Shown here piece by piece: positions 1 through 14,287 of a DNA stretch of 64,000 nt. The stretch spans positions 23,684,001 through 23,748,000 of the forward strand of contig OX597834.1 of NCBI GenBank assembly GCA_951406725.2. Reading direction: 5' to 3'. How positions within the stretch are numbered: the first letter of the stretch is position 1; each line of letters opens with the position of its first letter. Under the pieces are notes generated by a model. The model was not told where the DNA came from. It made no database searches and saw only the letters and a list, made by a program, of their open reading frames with translations. The DNA is from Octopus vulgaris (lineage: Eukaryota). The translations under genes and the position numbers were made by a program.

Positions 1-291
1 CAGACAGATGATGGACAAATAGAGACAGATTGATAGATAGACACACAGACAAACAAACAGATAGATAGTCTTCCTTTGGCATCAAACTACCAAATCTACT
101 TCAGTAGGCCCAGAGCTATAATAGAAGACACTTGCTCGAGGTGCCAGGCAGTGGGACTGAACCCAAAACTATGTGACTCAGAACCAAACTCGTTAATCAC
201 ACAGCTACGTCTGTGTCGTCCAATCTTAATAATGGTTTCTTTCTAGTACTTCATCATCTGCTGCCATTAAGATATTTCCGGAAGGACTTAC

Positions 292-395
292 CTTCAGCAG
301 ACTTTCAATAGATTTCTTCACTTCAATTGAATTGCCATCTTTGATGACACAGCCTGGGAGTTTCCTAATGAACTGGTCAGCTGACAGCCGGGGTT
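292..395 (-). CDS. UBXN11: UBXN11 exon 11 ([35 protein letters not shown])
   Basis: ctctcccacag acceptor, GTAAGT donor; resembles human MTAEKFLNRLPKFVIRQG. Confidence 0.9.
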
Positions 396-3300
396 CTGTG
401 GGAGAGAGAAAAAAATAGTTTGGGGACAGTTGGAGGTAAGTCATCAAGTTTTGTCTATTGAAACACACCTACACACTAAGACACTCCATAACACATCAAA
501 CTCCATCAACATGGACAGTCAGAGTCTGTAGTGTACACTACAATGGACTCTGTGAACTAAACATGCAGTGCACAGTGAACAGTGCAGCAGTGCAACAGTG
601 AACAGTGCAGCAGGATATAAAGGAATGACAGGGAAAAGAGTAATCAGGGCTGTTGTTACCTTTACTCTTTTACTTGTTTCAGTCATTTGACTGCGGCCAT
701 GCTGCAGCACCGCCTTTAGTCGAGCAAATCGACCCCAGGACTTATACTTTGTAAGCCCAGTACTTATTCTATCGGTCTCTTTTGCCAAACTGCTAAGTGA
801 TGGGGACATAAACACACTAGCATCGGTTGTCAAGCCATGCTAGGGGGACAAACACAGACACACAAACACATACATATATATATATATATATATACATATA
901 TACGACAGGCTTCTTTCAGTTTCCATCTACCAAATCCACTCACAAGGCATTGGTTGGCTCGGGGCTATAGCAGAAGACACTTACCCAAGATGCTATGCAG
1001 TGGGACTGAACCCGGAACCATGTGGTTGGTTAGCAAGCTACTTACCACACAGCCACTCCTGCGCCTTGTAGAACAGTATCATATTGGAGAGTAATGTGGA
1101 GAGGCATACAAGACAGTGTTATACTGTGGTTTAGTGTAACATGTGATAAAGGACTGAAAGGTGAACTTACCATGAGGCTGTGTCATGTGTTGGAGAGAAG
1201 AAGCTGATCTTAGAGTTCTATGAGTATGTAAACATGGAGTATCATTTTTCGTGCCATTCAGGAGCTGTCCAATCCCAGGGAAAGCACTGGACGGCTGCAT
1301 AGTGTATTCTATATTCCTGTTGTCTATGACCTTTCAAACAAGAGAAGAGAAGCAGAGAGTAAGAATTGGAGTTACAAGAGAACGGGTTCAACCAGAGGGG
1401 GACATTGACTGAGTTCCCTACTTCAACAGACCTTCTTCCCTAACCTAAGTTACTCTGATCCCTAATTGCATCCTCTACCTGAAGATTTTACCTTCAAAGA
1501 ACATTTAGTTCTACATTTTCTTTAGAACTAGAAGTCTAATTTTGTTATAAATTGTGTTTCTTCAAACTCTTCAGCTATATATACAGGGTTGGCCAAAAGT
1601 CACCTGACAGTAAATCAAAACCATTTAATTCCAAGATTTGTTTATGTTAACTGAATGAACTTAATAAAAGCGTCTAAATATGAAACATCATGAAAATTGT
1701 TCAAACTGAAGTTCTTGAGTGACACATTTTTTGCATTCCAGTCAATACAGGATTACAAATAGCATTTATGGAATTTTGATTTACTGTCCAGTGACTTTTG
1801 GCCAGCCCTATATATATATATATCAACCCCGTTGCTTGCGAAGACATGTTGGGGAAATCGAAATCGAAATCGAATTGAACCAGCCAGGATCCCTGGTCTG
1901 GTGGTACATAAAAAGCACTATCCGACTCGTGGCGTAAAAAGCACTATCCGACTCGTGGCCGATGCCAGCTCCGCCTCGTCTGGCTTCCGTGCCGGTGGCA
2001 CATAAAATACACCAATCCGACCGTGGCCGTTGCCAGCCTCGCCTGGCACCTGTGCAGGTGGCACGTAAAAAGCACCCACTACACTCACGGAGTGGTTGGC
2101 GTTAGGAAGGGCATCCAGCTGTAGAAACACTGCCAGATAAGACTGGAGCCTGGTGCAGCCTTCTGGCTTCCCAGATCCCCGGTCGAACCGTCCAACCCAT
2201 GCTAGCATGGACAACGGACGTTAAACGATGATGATGATGATGATGATATATATATATATATATATTTTAAATAATGAGGAGATAAATTAATATTAATTTA
2301 AAACCAGTAGTCTAGCATACAAAAATCTAATCTGAAAATCAGAGAAAATTCTAATACACTAGAATTTTCTCTGATTTTTCAGATTTTTGTATGCTAGGCT
2401 ACTGGTTTTAAATTAATATTAATTTATCTCCCTCATTATTTAGATATTAAAATAAATATGTTCTCTAATAGGCAGCACTAACCGCAGTAAATTATTTACT
2501 GCAGTTCTTCGCTTCCGGAATTTTTAGCGCGCCAGAACTAAGACATTTGAAATTATCCCTAATGTAATTGGTAAAAACTAAACACGTGTCTGTTTTGGCA
2601 CAGAAGGCTGGGGTTAGTTTTGCAAATTACATTTGTCGGAACGATCGCACTGACGAAACTACGGACAATTGGATTATGTAAATAATTCTTTTGTTAATAG
2701 TTGAAACCGCCGGTATGTGATTAATTCTGTTTTTTTATATAATTTTCATCTGTTTTGCCCGCCTAATTGTTCTGGTGTTTGCTGAATTTTCCGCTAGAGA
2801 ACATTCTTTGTAGTTTGATTGTTGGTGATCTATTTCTATATACATGTATATATATATAAATATATATCTGGGACGTAGTCAGTCCACCTGTGCATACCTT
2901 CCTTCTTGTGACACTTGTGAAGACCTGTTGAGGCAAGTGAAAATCAAACCAAATCAAAATAGATGAACATCAATGGAATTTGTATCTTTGTGGTGCCAGT
3001 GCCGGTGGCACATAAGAAACCCATCCGAACGTGGCCGTAGCCAGTACCGCATCGACTGGATTTCGTGCTGTGGGCACGTAACAAACACCATCCGATCGTG
3101 GCCGTTCGCCAGCCTCGTCTGGCACCTGTGTCGGTGGCACATAAAAAACACCATCCGAGCGTGGCCGTCTGCCAGCCTCGTCTGGCACCTGTGTCGGTGG
3201 CACATAAAAAACACCATCCGAGCGTGGCCGTTTGCCAGCCTCGTCTGGCACCTGTGTCAGTGGCACATAAAATCACCCACTACACTCTCGGAGTGGTTAG

Positions 3301-3658
3301 CGTTAGGAAGGGCATCCAGCTGTAGAAACACTGCCAGATCCGACTGGCCTGGTGCAGCCTTCGGGCTCCCCAGACCCCAGTTGAACCGTCCAACCCATGC
3401 TAGCATGGAAAGCGGACGTTAAATGATGATGATGATGATGATGATATATATATATATACACAGGGTTGTTAAATGCTTGAAATACAAGACTAGAAAAACG
3501 GCCAACAACTGATGAAGGGTCGTTCTTTATGTTGTTTGTTTTGTTTTCCATTTGTGTCTTTTGTTGTTCGAAAGAATAGTTCATGTTCCATGTACTCGTG
3601 CTTCGTATTTTTTTGTTGCATGCATTTCATGACCTCTTGTACCCTTGTACCCACATAT

Positions 3659-3723
<65 letters not shown>

Positions 3724-6700
3724 CTCTTTTACTTGTTTCAGTCATTAGACTGCGGCCATGCTGGAGCACAACCTTTAGTCGAGCAACTCGAGCCCGGGAC
3801 TTATTCTTTGTAAGCCCAGTACTTATTCTATCGGTCTCTTTTGCCGAATCGCTAAGTGACGGGGACATAAATACACCAGCATCGGTTGTCAAGCAATGCT
3901 AGGGGGAAAAAGACAGACACACAAACATACACGCACATAAATATATATATACATATATACGACGGGCTTCTTTCAGTTTCTGTCTACCAAATCCACTCAC
4001 AAGGCTTTGGTCGGCCCGAGGCTATAGCAGAAGACACTCGCCCAAGATGCCACGCAGTGGGACTGAACCCGGAACCATGTGGTTGGTAAGAGTATTAGTG
4101 GAGGAGCATCATAGCCATGTGTGGAGAAGAATTCTTTGTGGTTTAAATTATTCACCTCTGGAAACATGGGTGTTTTGTTCATCATCCTTAAATAACCCTT
4201 ATCAGGGATCTTTTGAGCAGGATGGGCTATTCAACTGGAAGAAAATTCTAACTGGGCCCCACCTGCAAGGTCATGTGCTGTTTATCTTGATATGAGATCA
4301 CCATGTTGGACACATATGGTTGTGATGCATGTGCCTTGTGTACCCTTATCAGATGGGTAGTCATTGGGCTTTATGTATTTGTACTCTAGTGTCACTTTGA
4401 TGGCATGCACTGCTCTCTCACTCAATAATAATAATAATAATAATCCTTTCAACTAAAGGCACAAGACCTGAAATTTGAAGGGAGGGGACTGGTCAATTAC
4501 ATTGACCCTAGGGTTTCACTGGCATTTTATTTATTGACCTAAAAAGAATGAAAGGCGATGTCAACCTCAGCAGAATTTGAACTCAGAACATAGCCATGAG
4601 GCAAATTCCACTATGCATTTTGCCCAGAGTGATAACAATTCTGTTAGCTTGTTGCCTTGACGACAACGACGACAATGAATTAGATCAAAGCGTTTGATTT
4701 ACCTTTAAGGGAATCCCCTCTGGGTAAGTAGATTGAAGCTCTGAAGGGAAGTAACCCTCCATGATGTCATACAAACAGCGACGAGTTGCTGGGTCAGAAA
4801 GGGATCGGAATGGCCCATTCAGCAAAAAGATTCCGTTTTTATACAGGGTCATTGTTGCTGGTTCTGTGTACTAGAGAGAGAGAGAAAGAGAGAAGTGCAA
4901 ACAGTGTGTATGAAACGAAAACAGAGAATATATATAATTTAATTAGAGTACCATGTGGTATTTAAAGTGGGGTGTATTGTATATGCATAGGGGAGTACCA
5001 TGTAATATATAATATAATGAAATTATTGTATATAGTGCTCAGGTGCACCACAACTTGTCAGAAAGTGCATATAAAGTACATGCAGCAATGTAGAAATGTC
5101 TGGAAAGTGAACATGCTTGTGTGTGTAAGGAGGGGAGAAAATCAAGTGTAGTGTTGGCAAATCTCAGGAAGCATGGAAGTTTTGAAGGATGCAGTGCTCC
5201 GACAACTAACAACCGATGCCGGCAGTTTGTTCCATGCTTCAGCAACTCTTAGCATGAAAAAATGTTTCCTGAAGTCATGGGAGCTGTGCTGTTTTCTTAC
5301 TTTGTAGTGTTGTAGTGTATGAGGGGGTTGCTGAAAAGTTCCTGGCTTTTGGGTAACAGAAAAATGTAGGAGGATCAATTATGGTTTTATTCAACATATT
5401 CCTCTCTCAGATTCACACACTTATTGCAGTGGTCCTTCTACGCCATGTAATAGACCTTGGAAGGTTGGGCCGCCAACGAGGTCTTTGGCAATATTCTTAA
5501 AGCAAGGAACTTTTCAGCACCTCCTCGTAGATGGTGATGGTACCATCTACGAATACAGATGGCAATACCATACAGGTGTTAGGTGTACTGTTATAGTGCA
5601 AAGATTCAGGTCAGTGTATTGTTGGGATTGAGAGACTCTTCGGAAATAGCACCCACTATTGATTGCAGCATTTTGATTGCAGCTACATGGGTGCTAGAGT
5701 TAATTTGTCACTCTCCACATGGCACCTGCAAGTATTCAGGCCAGCCCTGCTGATCACAGATTGGCTTTCTCCCTTCCTTCTACTAGTCACAGGGGCCCTA
5801 AAAACTACAAGATCATGGGTGTGACCCTTCCTTCCCTGATTAAATAGCAAAAAGGAAAAAAGAAAATCTATGTAACAAGTAGCCCTATGAGCTCTCCTAT
5901 GAATTATTAATTACTGCTGATGCAGAATCCTGTAAACTTCCTCTGATTCCTCAGTTTACTATAATGGTAAGACTGTCTGTCTGATAATGAAGAGAAGTTG
6001 TTAACAAGGAATATTACTTACCTTCAGTCTGGCACCATCCTTTGTTGATTCCACATTAGCAACTCCTTCTCCTGCCAATAAGTTCAATTCTTTAATGTTC
6101 TCAATGATGACATCATAATCTACTTTCAATGATGGCTCTGGAATGGACTCCTCTACAGAAACAAACAATAATTCCAGTAATTATTTGCACATTCTTTGAG
6201 TTCAATTACTGCCAAAATTGATTTTGTCTTTCATCCTTTCAGAGTCGATAGAAATAAAGTACCAGTCATACACTGGGGTCAATCTAATTAACTACCCGCC
6301 CCACCTTCCCTTACAATTTCAGGCCTTGTGCCTCTAGAAGAAAGAATTATTTACATGGTCTACATTCAGTGAAAACAACCAGATCTGCAGGGTGCCAAAA
6401 ATTGGATTCTTCACAACAACATTGCATCTTGCCACTGAACTCTCCTCACTCGTAAGTTTCTCACCAAAAACAACATGGCATCACTTCTGCACCTGCCCTA
6501 TTTGCCAGGTTTAGCACCTGCGGTCTTCTATCTCTTCCCCGAGACGAAAACACAACTCAAAGGTTGCCGTTTAAACACTGTTGTCAAAATCCAGAGCAAA
6601 TCACAGAAGATCCTCAACTCACTTACAGAAAATGACTTTCAGGCCGGATTCCAAACATGGCAAGAATGCTTGGACTGGTGCATTGCTGAGCAAGGTTACT

Positions 6701-8273
6701 ATTTCAAAGAAGATGATGTTAATACTTAGGTAAATAAGTTACTTTTAATTAAACATAACGAGTCCTGGAACTTTTTGATACCACCTCATTAATACACAAA
6801 CACACACACACTCACACACATAAATAAATATTAGAAGGAGTAAATATGAGTTCATACCTGGGCTCCACAAACACGGGTCATAAGTACCTGTGCTACTTTT
6901 CCTTCTTAGTGATCTCTTTCGTCTACCTCTTGCTTCTCCAACCCATATCAGGCCATAGTCATAGAGGAAATCCTGGTGAAGATTGATACAATTACAGAAT
7001 AGGCTGGGCAAAATATTACCTAGGTCCCTATTGTGGCCACAACAGACCATTAGTGAGACACTAACAAATTCCTACTGAAGTAATCTGACCCCTATGAAGA
7101 CAATAAGTGACATTCTATTGACAAAGTAACCCAGCCCCTACTGAAGATAGCCCTAGAGAGACATTAACAGACCCCTGTCAAGGTAGTAATCTGACCCCCA
7201 TGGATGTAAAAACTGACATTCTATTGATGAATATGACCTTATTGAGGCTGTAATCCAAGCCCTGGTGAGACAGTTGAAGCAGTGATCTGACTCGATAGTG
7301 AGGCCATATTCTCACCCCTGTTGACAAAGTAACAGATCCCTCTGAAGGTAGTAACAGATCCCCCATTGATGAAGTCACTGAGTCTATTGAAACCATAATT
7401 AGATCTTTATAAAGATAGTAATTTGGGACCTGTTTACATGAGAACAAGGTCCTTAAATGGAGAGTCAACATTAACAACTGGTCACCATGTTATTTGCTGT
7501 TAAGTTTAGAACACCATATTTCTGTTGAAATACACTACCTTTGTTTAAATTAATTTTGGAAATAGTGAAAAATTTAGTGAAATAACTGTCATTATCAAAC
7601 TCGTGTTTGGAATATGGATATAAAAATTTTGATGACTATTTTTGATTTAGCACACTTTTAAACAGGAAGTTGCTTCAGGTGGGTTGGCATCTAAAAGATT
7701 TATATTATCATATTTTTTTTTTAGGATGACAACAGAGTGGGCTCTACTAAAGGTAACCAAGGACCAGTCAGTAATGTTAAATAGGGTGACAACAGAGTGG
7801 GTTCTACTAAAGGTATCCAAGGACCAGTCAGTAATGTTAAATTGGGTGACAACAGAGTTTGCTCTACTAAAGGTATCCAAGGACAATAGGGTGCAAATAA
7901 TCACTCAAATACTACAGCCATGTCTCTGGACTCCTTACATAGGAGCAGGGATGAATTGTAGTTGAGTGCGGTGACACTCTGGACATGTTTCATTCTCTCC
8001 ACTATCTAATCTAAATATTGTACACTCCTAGGTTGTGGTGGTAGCCACACACATGATGGACAAAGTGGACAAGGCAGACCGGTAGAGTCAAACACTGACC
8101 TCCATTTCTCTGATTTGGTTTTGAAAACTGTCACATTGGTGTGTCAGGCTGGCCACGACTTCATCTGGAGATTCATCTGTGTTAAAATAGTAAATAGGAT
8201 CTAAACATATATACATATACATACATACATGCACATACATATATGCATGTGTGAACATATATATATATGTGTG

Positions 8274-8337
<64 letters not shown>

Positions 8338-11300
8338 CGTTGATCATAAGAATTTTTCATTTCTTGTTTTTTAGTACAAAAGATAAGAAATAGATCATTT
8401 TAACAGTGGGACTCAAAGTAGATAGAGCTATAAATGATAACATGTAGAACAGTGGGTTTAAAAAGCTCCTTGGATAAAATTAAGTCAAACGCTGTCCATA
8501 CTAGTGCAGTCTTTTCTCTTGCATCCAGCATCCGATTCCTCTAATATTCAGTTATTGTTTCGATCTTTCATCGTTGTTTTTCACTATATTCTACAAAAGT
8601 CAATCACTTCCCTTTTCCTTCCATCAGTGATCAGCTGTGCCTGAATTTTATTGCTCCCCAGTTAGTGCAGCTTTATTGTGCTCAACTAAGATTGCTTTTA
8701 AGCTACAGCTGGTTTCACCTATATATTTCACTGTCACCAACTATATGGGATGGAACATGTGCAATTCTGGGTCACATTCTCTTCTGATGGAGGTTTTTGT
8801 TCAGTAGAAATGTCATCTGAAGATTGTGGAGGCGCAATGGCCCAGTGGTTAGGGCAGCGGACTCGCGGTCATAGGATCGCGGTTTCGATTCCCAGACCGG
8901 GCATTGTGAGTGTTTATTGAGCGAAAACACCTAAAGCTCCACGAGGCTCTGGCAGGGGATGGTGGTGATCCCTGCTGTACTCATTCACCACAACTTTCTC
9001 TCACTCTTACTTCCTGTTTCTGTTGTACCTGTATTTCAAAGGGCCGGCCTTGTCACTCTCTGTGTCACGCTGAATATCTCCGAGAACTACGTTAAGGGTA
9101 CACGTGTCTGTGGAGTGCTCAGCCACTTACACGTTAATTTCACGAGCAGGCTGTTCCGTTGATTCGGATCAACCGGAACCCTCATCATCATAACCGACGG
9201 AGTACTTCCATCTGAAGATTATATGTGATCTGCAAAACTGTCTCTTCATGTCTCGTGGACCACATCATCTGAGTGTTTCAGCTGTTGAAGCTCTGACGTT
9301 TTAAAGTAGACACACAAATCATGGCAGGGTTCTTTTGTTTTTTTTTAAATAAAATTTAGTTAGATCTGGGGAGTTTCATTAACAACAGCAACAAAGACAA
9401 CCCAAACAATATATACACAAAGGCGGCGAGCTGGCAGAAACATTAGCACGCCGGGCGAAATGCGTAGCCGTATTTCGTCTGCCGTTACGTTCTGAGTTCA
9501 AATTCCGTCGAGGTCGACTTTGCCTTTCATCCTTTCGGGGTCGATTAATAAAGTACCAGTTACGCACTGGGGATCGATGTAATCGACTTAATCCGTTTGT
9601 CTGTCCTTGTTTGTCCCCTCTGTGTTTAGCCCCTTGTGGGTAATAAAGAAATAGGTATATGGCGGTGAGCTGGCAGAAACGTTAGCACGCCAGGCGAAAT
9701 GCGTAGCCGTATTTCGTCTGCCATTACGTTCTGAGTTCAAATTCCGTCGAGGTCGACTTTGCCTTTCATCCTTTCGGGGTCGATTAATAAAGTACCAGTT
9801 ACGCACTGGGGATCGATGTAATCGACTTAATCCGTTTGTCTGTCCTTGTTTGTCCCCTCTGTGTTTAGCCCCTTGTGGGTAGTAAAGAAATATAAATATA
9901 CAGACAACACAAATACCATACAAAACTATGACAACAGTGTGCATAACAACAAGACAAGCAACAACAATACTATATAAACAAGATTAGTAAATAAAACAAC
10001 CGCAACAACAGTAACACAAATTACAACTGCTGTGACAACCACCTCTACTACTACAACAACTACAACTTACTGCATTGTTTCTCCAATTGGTGAACCTTCC
10101 GCTCCAAATACAGGATTCTTTTCTCCTGAGTTGCAATCAAAGAATAATGAAAGAATTAATTAAACAATAAAAAGAAACAAGCAAAAAAGAAAAAGAATTA
10201 TGGCCAGTGTCGCATAACTGGCCCATTTAACCCTTTAGTGTTTAAACCGGCCATATCCGGCCCAAATAATCTACCTGTTTTCTGTTAAAACTGCCCACAT
10301 TTGGTATCTCACATCAGCCTATAATGTCAATCTAAAAACAGGTGATAACATCATCAAAATCTTAAAGCTACAAAATAATGACATGATTAGCTTAAAACAA
10401 TATGATAAATAAATATTATATTTGACTGAATAATCTGAATGCTAAAGGGTTAAGAGTACCTTTCAATCATTGGGCAATATGCTGTGCTGAAAAAACCTGT
10501 TGAGTCAAGTGAAATAATCGTTGTGCTCAATGCCAGTACCACCTAACTGGCACCCATGCCAGGACACATAAAAAGCACCATATAAGCATGGTTGATGCCA
10601 GTGTCACCTGGCTGGTCCCATGGCGGAGCCACATAAAAAGCAACATTCAAGCGTAGTCTTTGCCAATGCCGCCTGACAGGCCCCCATGCTGGTGGCTCAT
10701 AAAAAGCACCCACTACACTCTTGGAGTGGTTGGCGATAGGAAGGGAATCAAGCTGTAGAAACCTTGCCAGATCAGATTGGAACCTTGTGCAGTCTCCTGG
10801 CTTTCCAGACGTCAGTCAAACCATCCAACCCATGCCAGCATGGAAAGCAGATGATGATGTTATTGTGTGGTAAGTAGCTTGCTTAAGCAACCACATGATT
10901 CCAGGTTCAATCCCACTGTGTGGCACCTTGGGCAAGAGTTTTCTACTATAGCCTCAGGCCAACCAAAGCCTTGTGAGTGGATTTGGTAGATGGAAACTGA
11001 AAGAAGCCCAGAGTACATGTGTGTGTGTGTGTGTGTATTTGTGTGTCTGTGTTTGTCCCCTCACCATCGCCTGACAACCGATGCTGGTGTGTTTACGTCC
11101 CCATAACTTATTTGTTCAGCAAAACAGACCAATAGAATAAGTACTAGGCTTACAAAGAATAAGTCCTGGGGTTGATTTGCCCTACTAAAGGTGGTGCTCC
11201 AGCATATAATGTAGCTACCACCACCACCACCACTACACTATGCCTATCATTGCCTAAATGCTTCACCAACATTCTATGACCACCACCACCACAGGCAGTA

Positions 11301-12759
11301 TCATCACTGAGATACACAACCCTCACCATCACCATCACCACTCCTACTGTTGTCGACACTCCACCAATACTCTCACCACCACCACCACTATCAACACCAC
11401 TGACCACTCTACTAATATTCTGATCATCCTCACTACTACCATCCCATCAACACCATGACCACCACCAATGAAAATTTACGTACCTTTGACATGAGTTCTT
11501 CTTTCTGTAACTTCAGCCTCGCTTCTGCAGTTGATAAACGACTTGCCATAAGAGACAACAGCTCCTTCTCTGAGCATCCACAGGAGAGAGAGAGAGAGAA
11601 AGAGAGAGAAAGTATATGAGAGTCAAGGCTGACCTGGGGCTAACTACAAGGAAGGACATTAAATGATGTAGTCTTAGATGCACCGTGCCTGATTAATAAA
11701 AGACGGGATGGTTACACTTGAAACATCTTTGAACATAGGTCCATAGGCCAGGGCTATGATCAAAGATGTTTCGGTTGTGACCATCCTGTCTTTGATTCAG
11801 ACATGGTGCATCTAGAACTACATTATTGGGGTCAGGGCTGACCCGGGGCTAAACAACAAGGAAGGACATTAAATGATGTAGTCCTAGATACACCATACCT
11901 GAATAAAAGACAGGATGGTCACACTTGAAATATCATTCATCATTGGTCCATAAACATCAACAACAACATGGAAGGACACTTAGATAATAGAGTCCTAGAT
12001 ACACTATGTCTCGATAAAAGATAGAATGGTCATAGGTGGAAATTTGCTGATCAGCAGTTTGCTGGATCAGGGTGACCTGTGGTTAAACAAAAACAGTGAA
12101 TGACACATTAGAGGACGTAGTCTTCCATAGATAGTGTCTTGATATAAGGTGGAACAGCAGTAGCCGGAGCAACAACAACACAGGAATAATGCAAACAAAA
12201 GCAGAACCATTGTAGATCTGAGTGAATACCTGAACAAAGAGGGCTGCCAGTAGAGGTGGATGGAAAGTTCACATTGGGTAAGGAACGACGTGACTCCTTG
12301 TCTAACAGAGACTTTAACATGTCTGCAGTAACATCATCAATCAAGTTATTGGTCTCTGAAAACAAAGCATAAAAACACAATGACATAAATATATAGATAA
12401 TGATGATAATGGAAATTGCAGATGTGTTACCAGTGCCGGTGGCATGTAAGAGAACCTTCCGTTTCGCGACCGTTGCCAGCACCGCCCTTTTTCGTGTCCG
12501 TTGCCAGCCTCGCCTGGCCCTCGTGCCGGTGGCACATAAAAAGCACCATCCGTTCGTGGCCATTTGCCAGCTCTGTCTGGCACCTGTGCGGGTGGCACGT
12601 AAAAAAGCACCCACTACACTCACGGAGTGGTTGGCGTTAGGAAGGGCATCCAGCCGTAGAAACACTGCCAGATTTGACTAGGCCTGATGAAGCCTTCTGG
12701 CTTCACAGACCCCAGTAGAACCGTCCAACCCATGCTAGCATGGAAAACGGACGCTAAAC

Positions 12760-12805
<46 letters not shown>

Positions 12806-14254
12806 CAGATAGAACTGGGTACTTAAAAAAGATATGCACCAGGTAGGGTTGGATAAAGCTGTGGTCACTGCCTATGGTTGATAAATACCAAACAGGATAA
12901 ATGGCTGCTGCCAGCGCTGGCTGATTGCAGCAGAGAAATATCTAGAGAAAGCCTTCAACAGAGTGTCTTGTTCTGTTGACACGGTGGTCTCTGAGGAAGT
13001 TACAGATAGACGAATGGTTTGTGAAAGTGGTACAGACCATGTGGCACTCTGTCAGTTGTGACGACAAGGCTTCCAGTTGATCTGATCAATGGAACAGCTT
13101 GCACGTGAAATTAACGTGCAAGTGGCTGAGCACTCCACAGTACTATCACTACTATATGGCTCAGAAACCTGGACGTTATCAAAGAAGCTTGAGAGGCGGT
13201 TGGATGGAACCTACACTTGCCTCCTTATGAGAGCTCAAAATCTTTCGTGGAAGCGCCATCCAACCAAAATGCAAATATATGGGAAACTACCACCTGTGTC
13301 ATCTCTTGTGAAAGGTAGGAGAGTCCAGTTTGCTGGACATTGTTGTAGAGCTGAAAAAGAAGTAATTTCTACTCTTCTCCTCTGGAAGCCACCTACTCGC
13401 AATACCAGAGGGCGCACACTCTCCTACCCTGATGTAATCTCCAGGGATACAGGCATCCAGCAACAGGACCTCCGTAATGCTATGATGGACCATGAAGTCT
13501 GGCGTAACATAGCAAATTCCATTGTCTCGACCACGGTCGAACAATGATGATGATGATCACTACTACAGACACATGTAGTCTTAACATAGTTCTCGGGAGA
13601 GATCCAGCGTGACACAGAGTGTGACAAGGTTGGCCCTTTGAAATACAGGTACAAGAGAAACAGGAAGGGAGAGTGAGAGAAAGTGGTGGTGAAAGAGTAG
13701 AGCAGGGTTCGCCACCACTCCCTGCCGGAGCCTCGTGGGACTTTAGGTTTATTCGCTCAATAAACACTCACAACACCCGGTCTGGGAATCGAAACTGCAA
13801 TCCTAAGACTGCGAGTCTGCTGCTCAAACCACTGGGCCATTACGCCTCTAATCAGACCACATGAAGAGGTGCTGTTAGTAAGTTAAAAGTTGGTCATGAG
13901 TAAAGTGATGGATATAGTGTTTAGGAATAAAAAGGAATAAAATAAAAGTAAAAAAAGGGCATGGATTCCAATTAATCATTTCCAATTTCTATTTCTTGAG
14001 ACAATCTATTCCATTCTGTACATTTTTTACTTGTTTTTACACACCCTCTAGATACAATTTTTCCTCAAAAGCTATGTGAACCAAACTCTCTCCATTTCTA
14101 AAGTCATATAGTAAGAAGAGGGTTCGAAAACAAAATAGAAGATATATACACACATACACACATAAGGCCCTCATGCTTTCCGAAATCCGCCGAAACTACA
14201 CCTGATTATATATACACTTTAGATGAGTTGTAGTGCACCTGAGCACTGTACACA

Positions 14255-14287
<33 letters not shown>

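Noticed and set aside
3000-3280. CRISPR-like regularly spaced repeats
   Set aside because: The intervening sequences are near-identical rather than unique spacers, there are no cas genes, and the context is a eukaryotic retroelement.
2944-3422. Overlapping repetitive ORFs (VFYVPP…, HRHRCQ…) on both strands
   Set aside because: Translations of the RTE 3'-UTR tandem repeat; they recur at many dispersed copies.
3470-3660. CTGATGA at about 3509 as another hammerhead
   Set aside because: I could not find a correctly placed GAAA with pairing stems; it may be a microsatellite-embedded element but the ribozyme is unsupported.
8826-8900. tRNA gene
   Set aside because: A and B boxes are present but belong to a TSD-flanked SINE with other copies; no clean cloverleaf.
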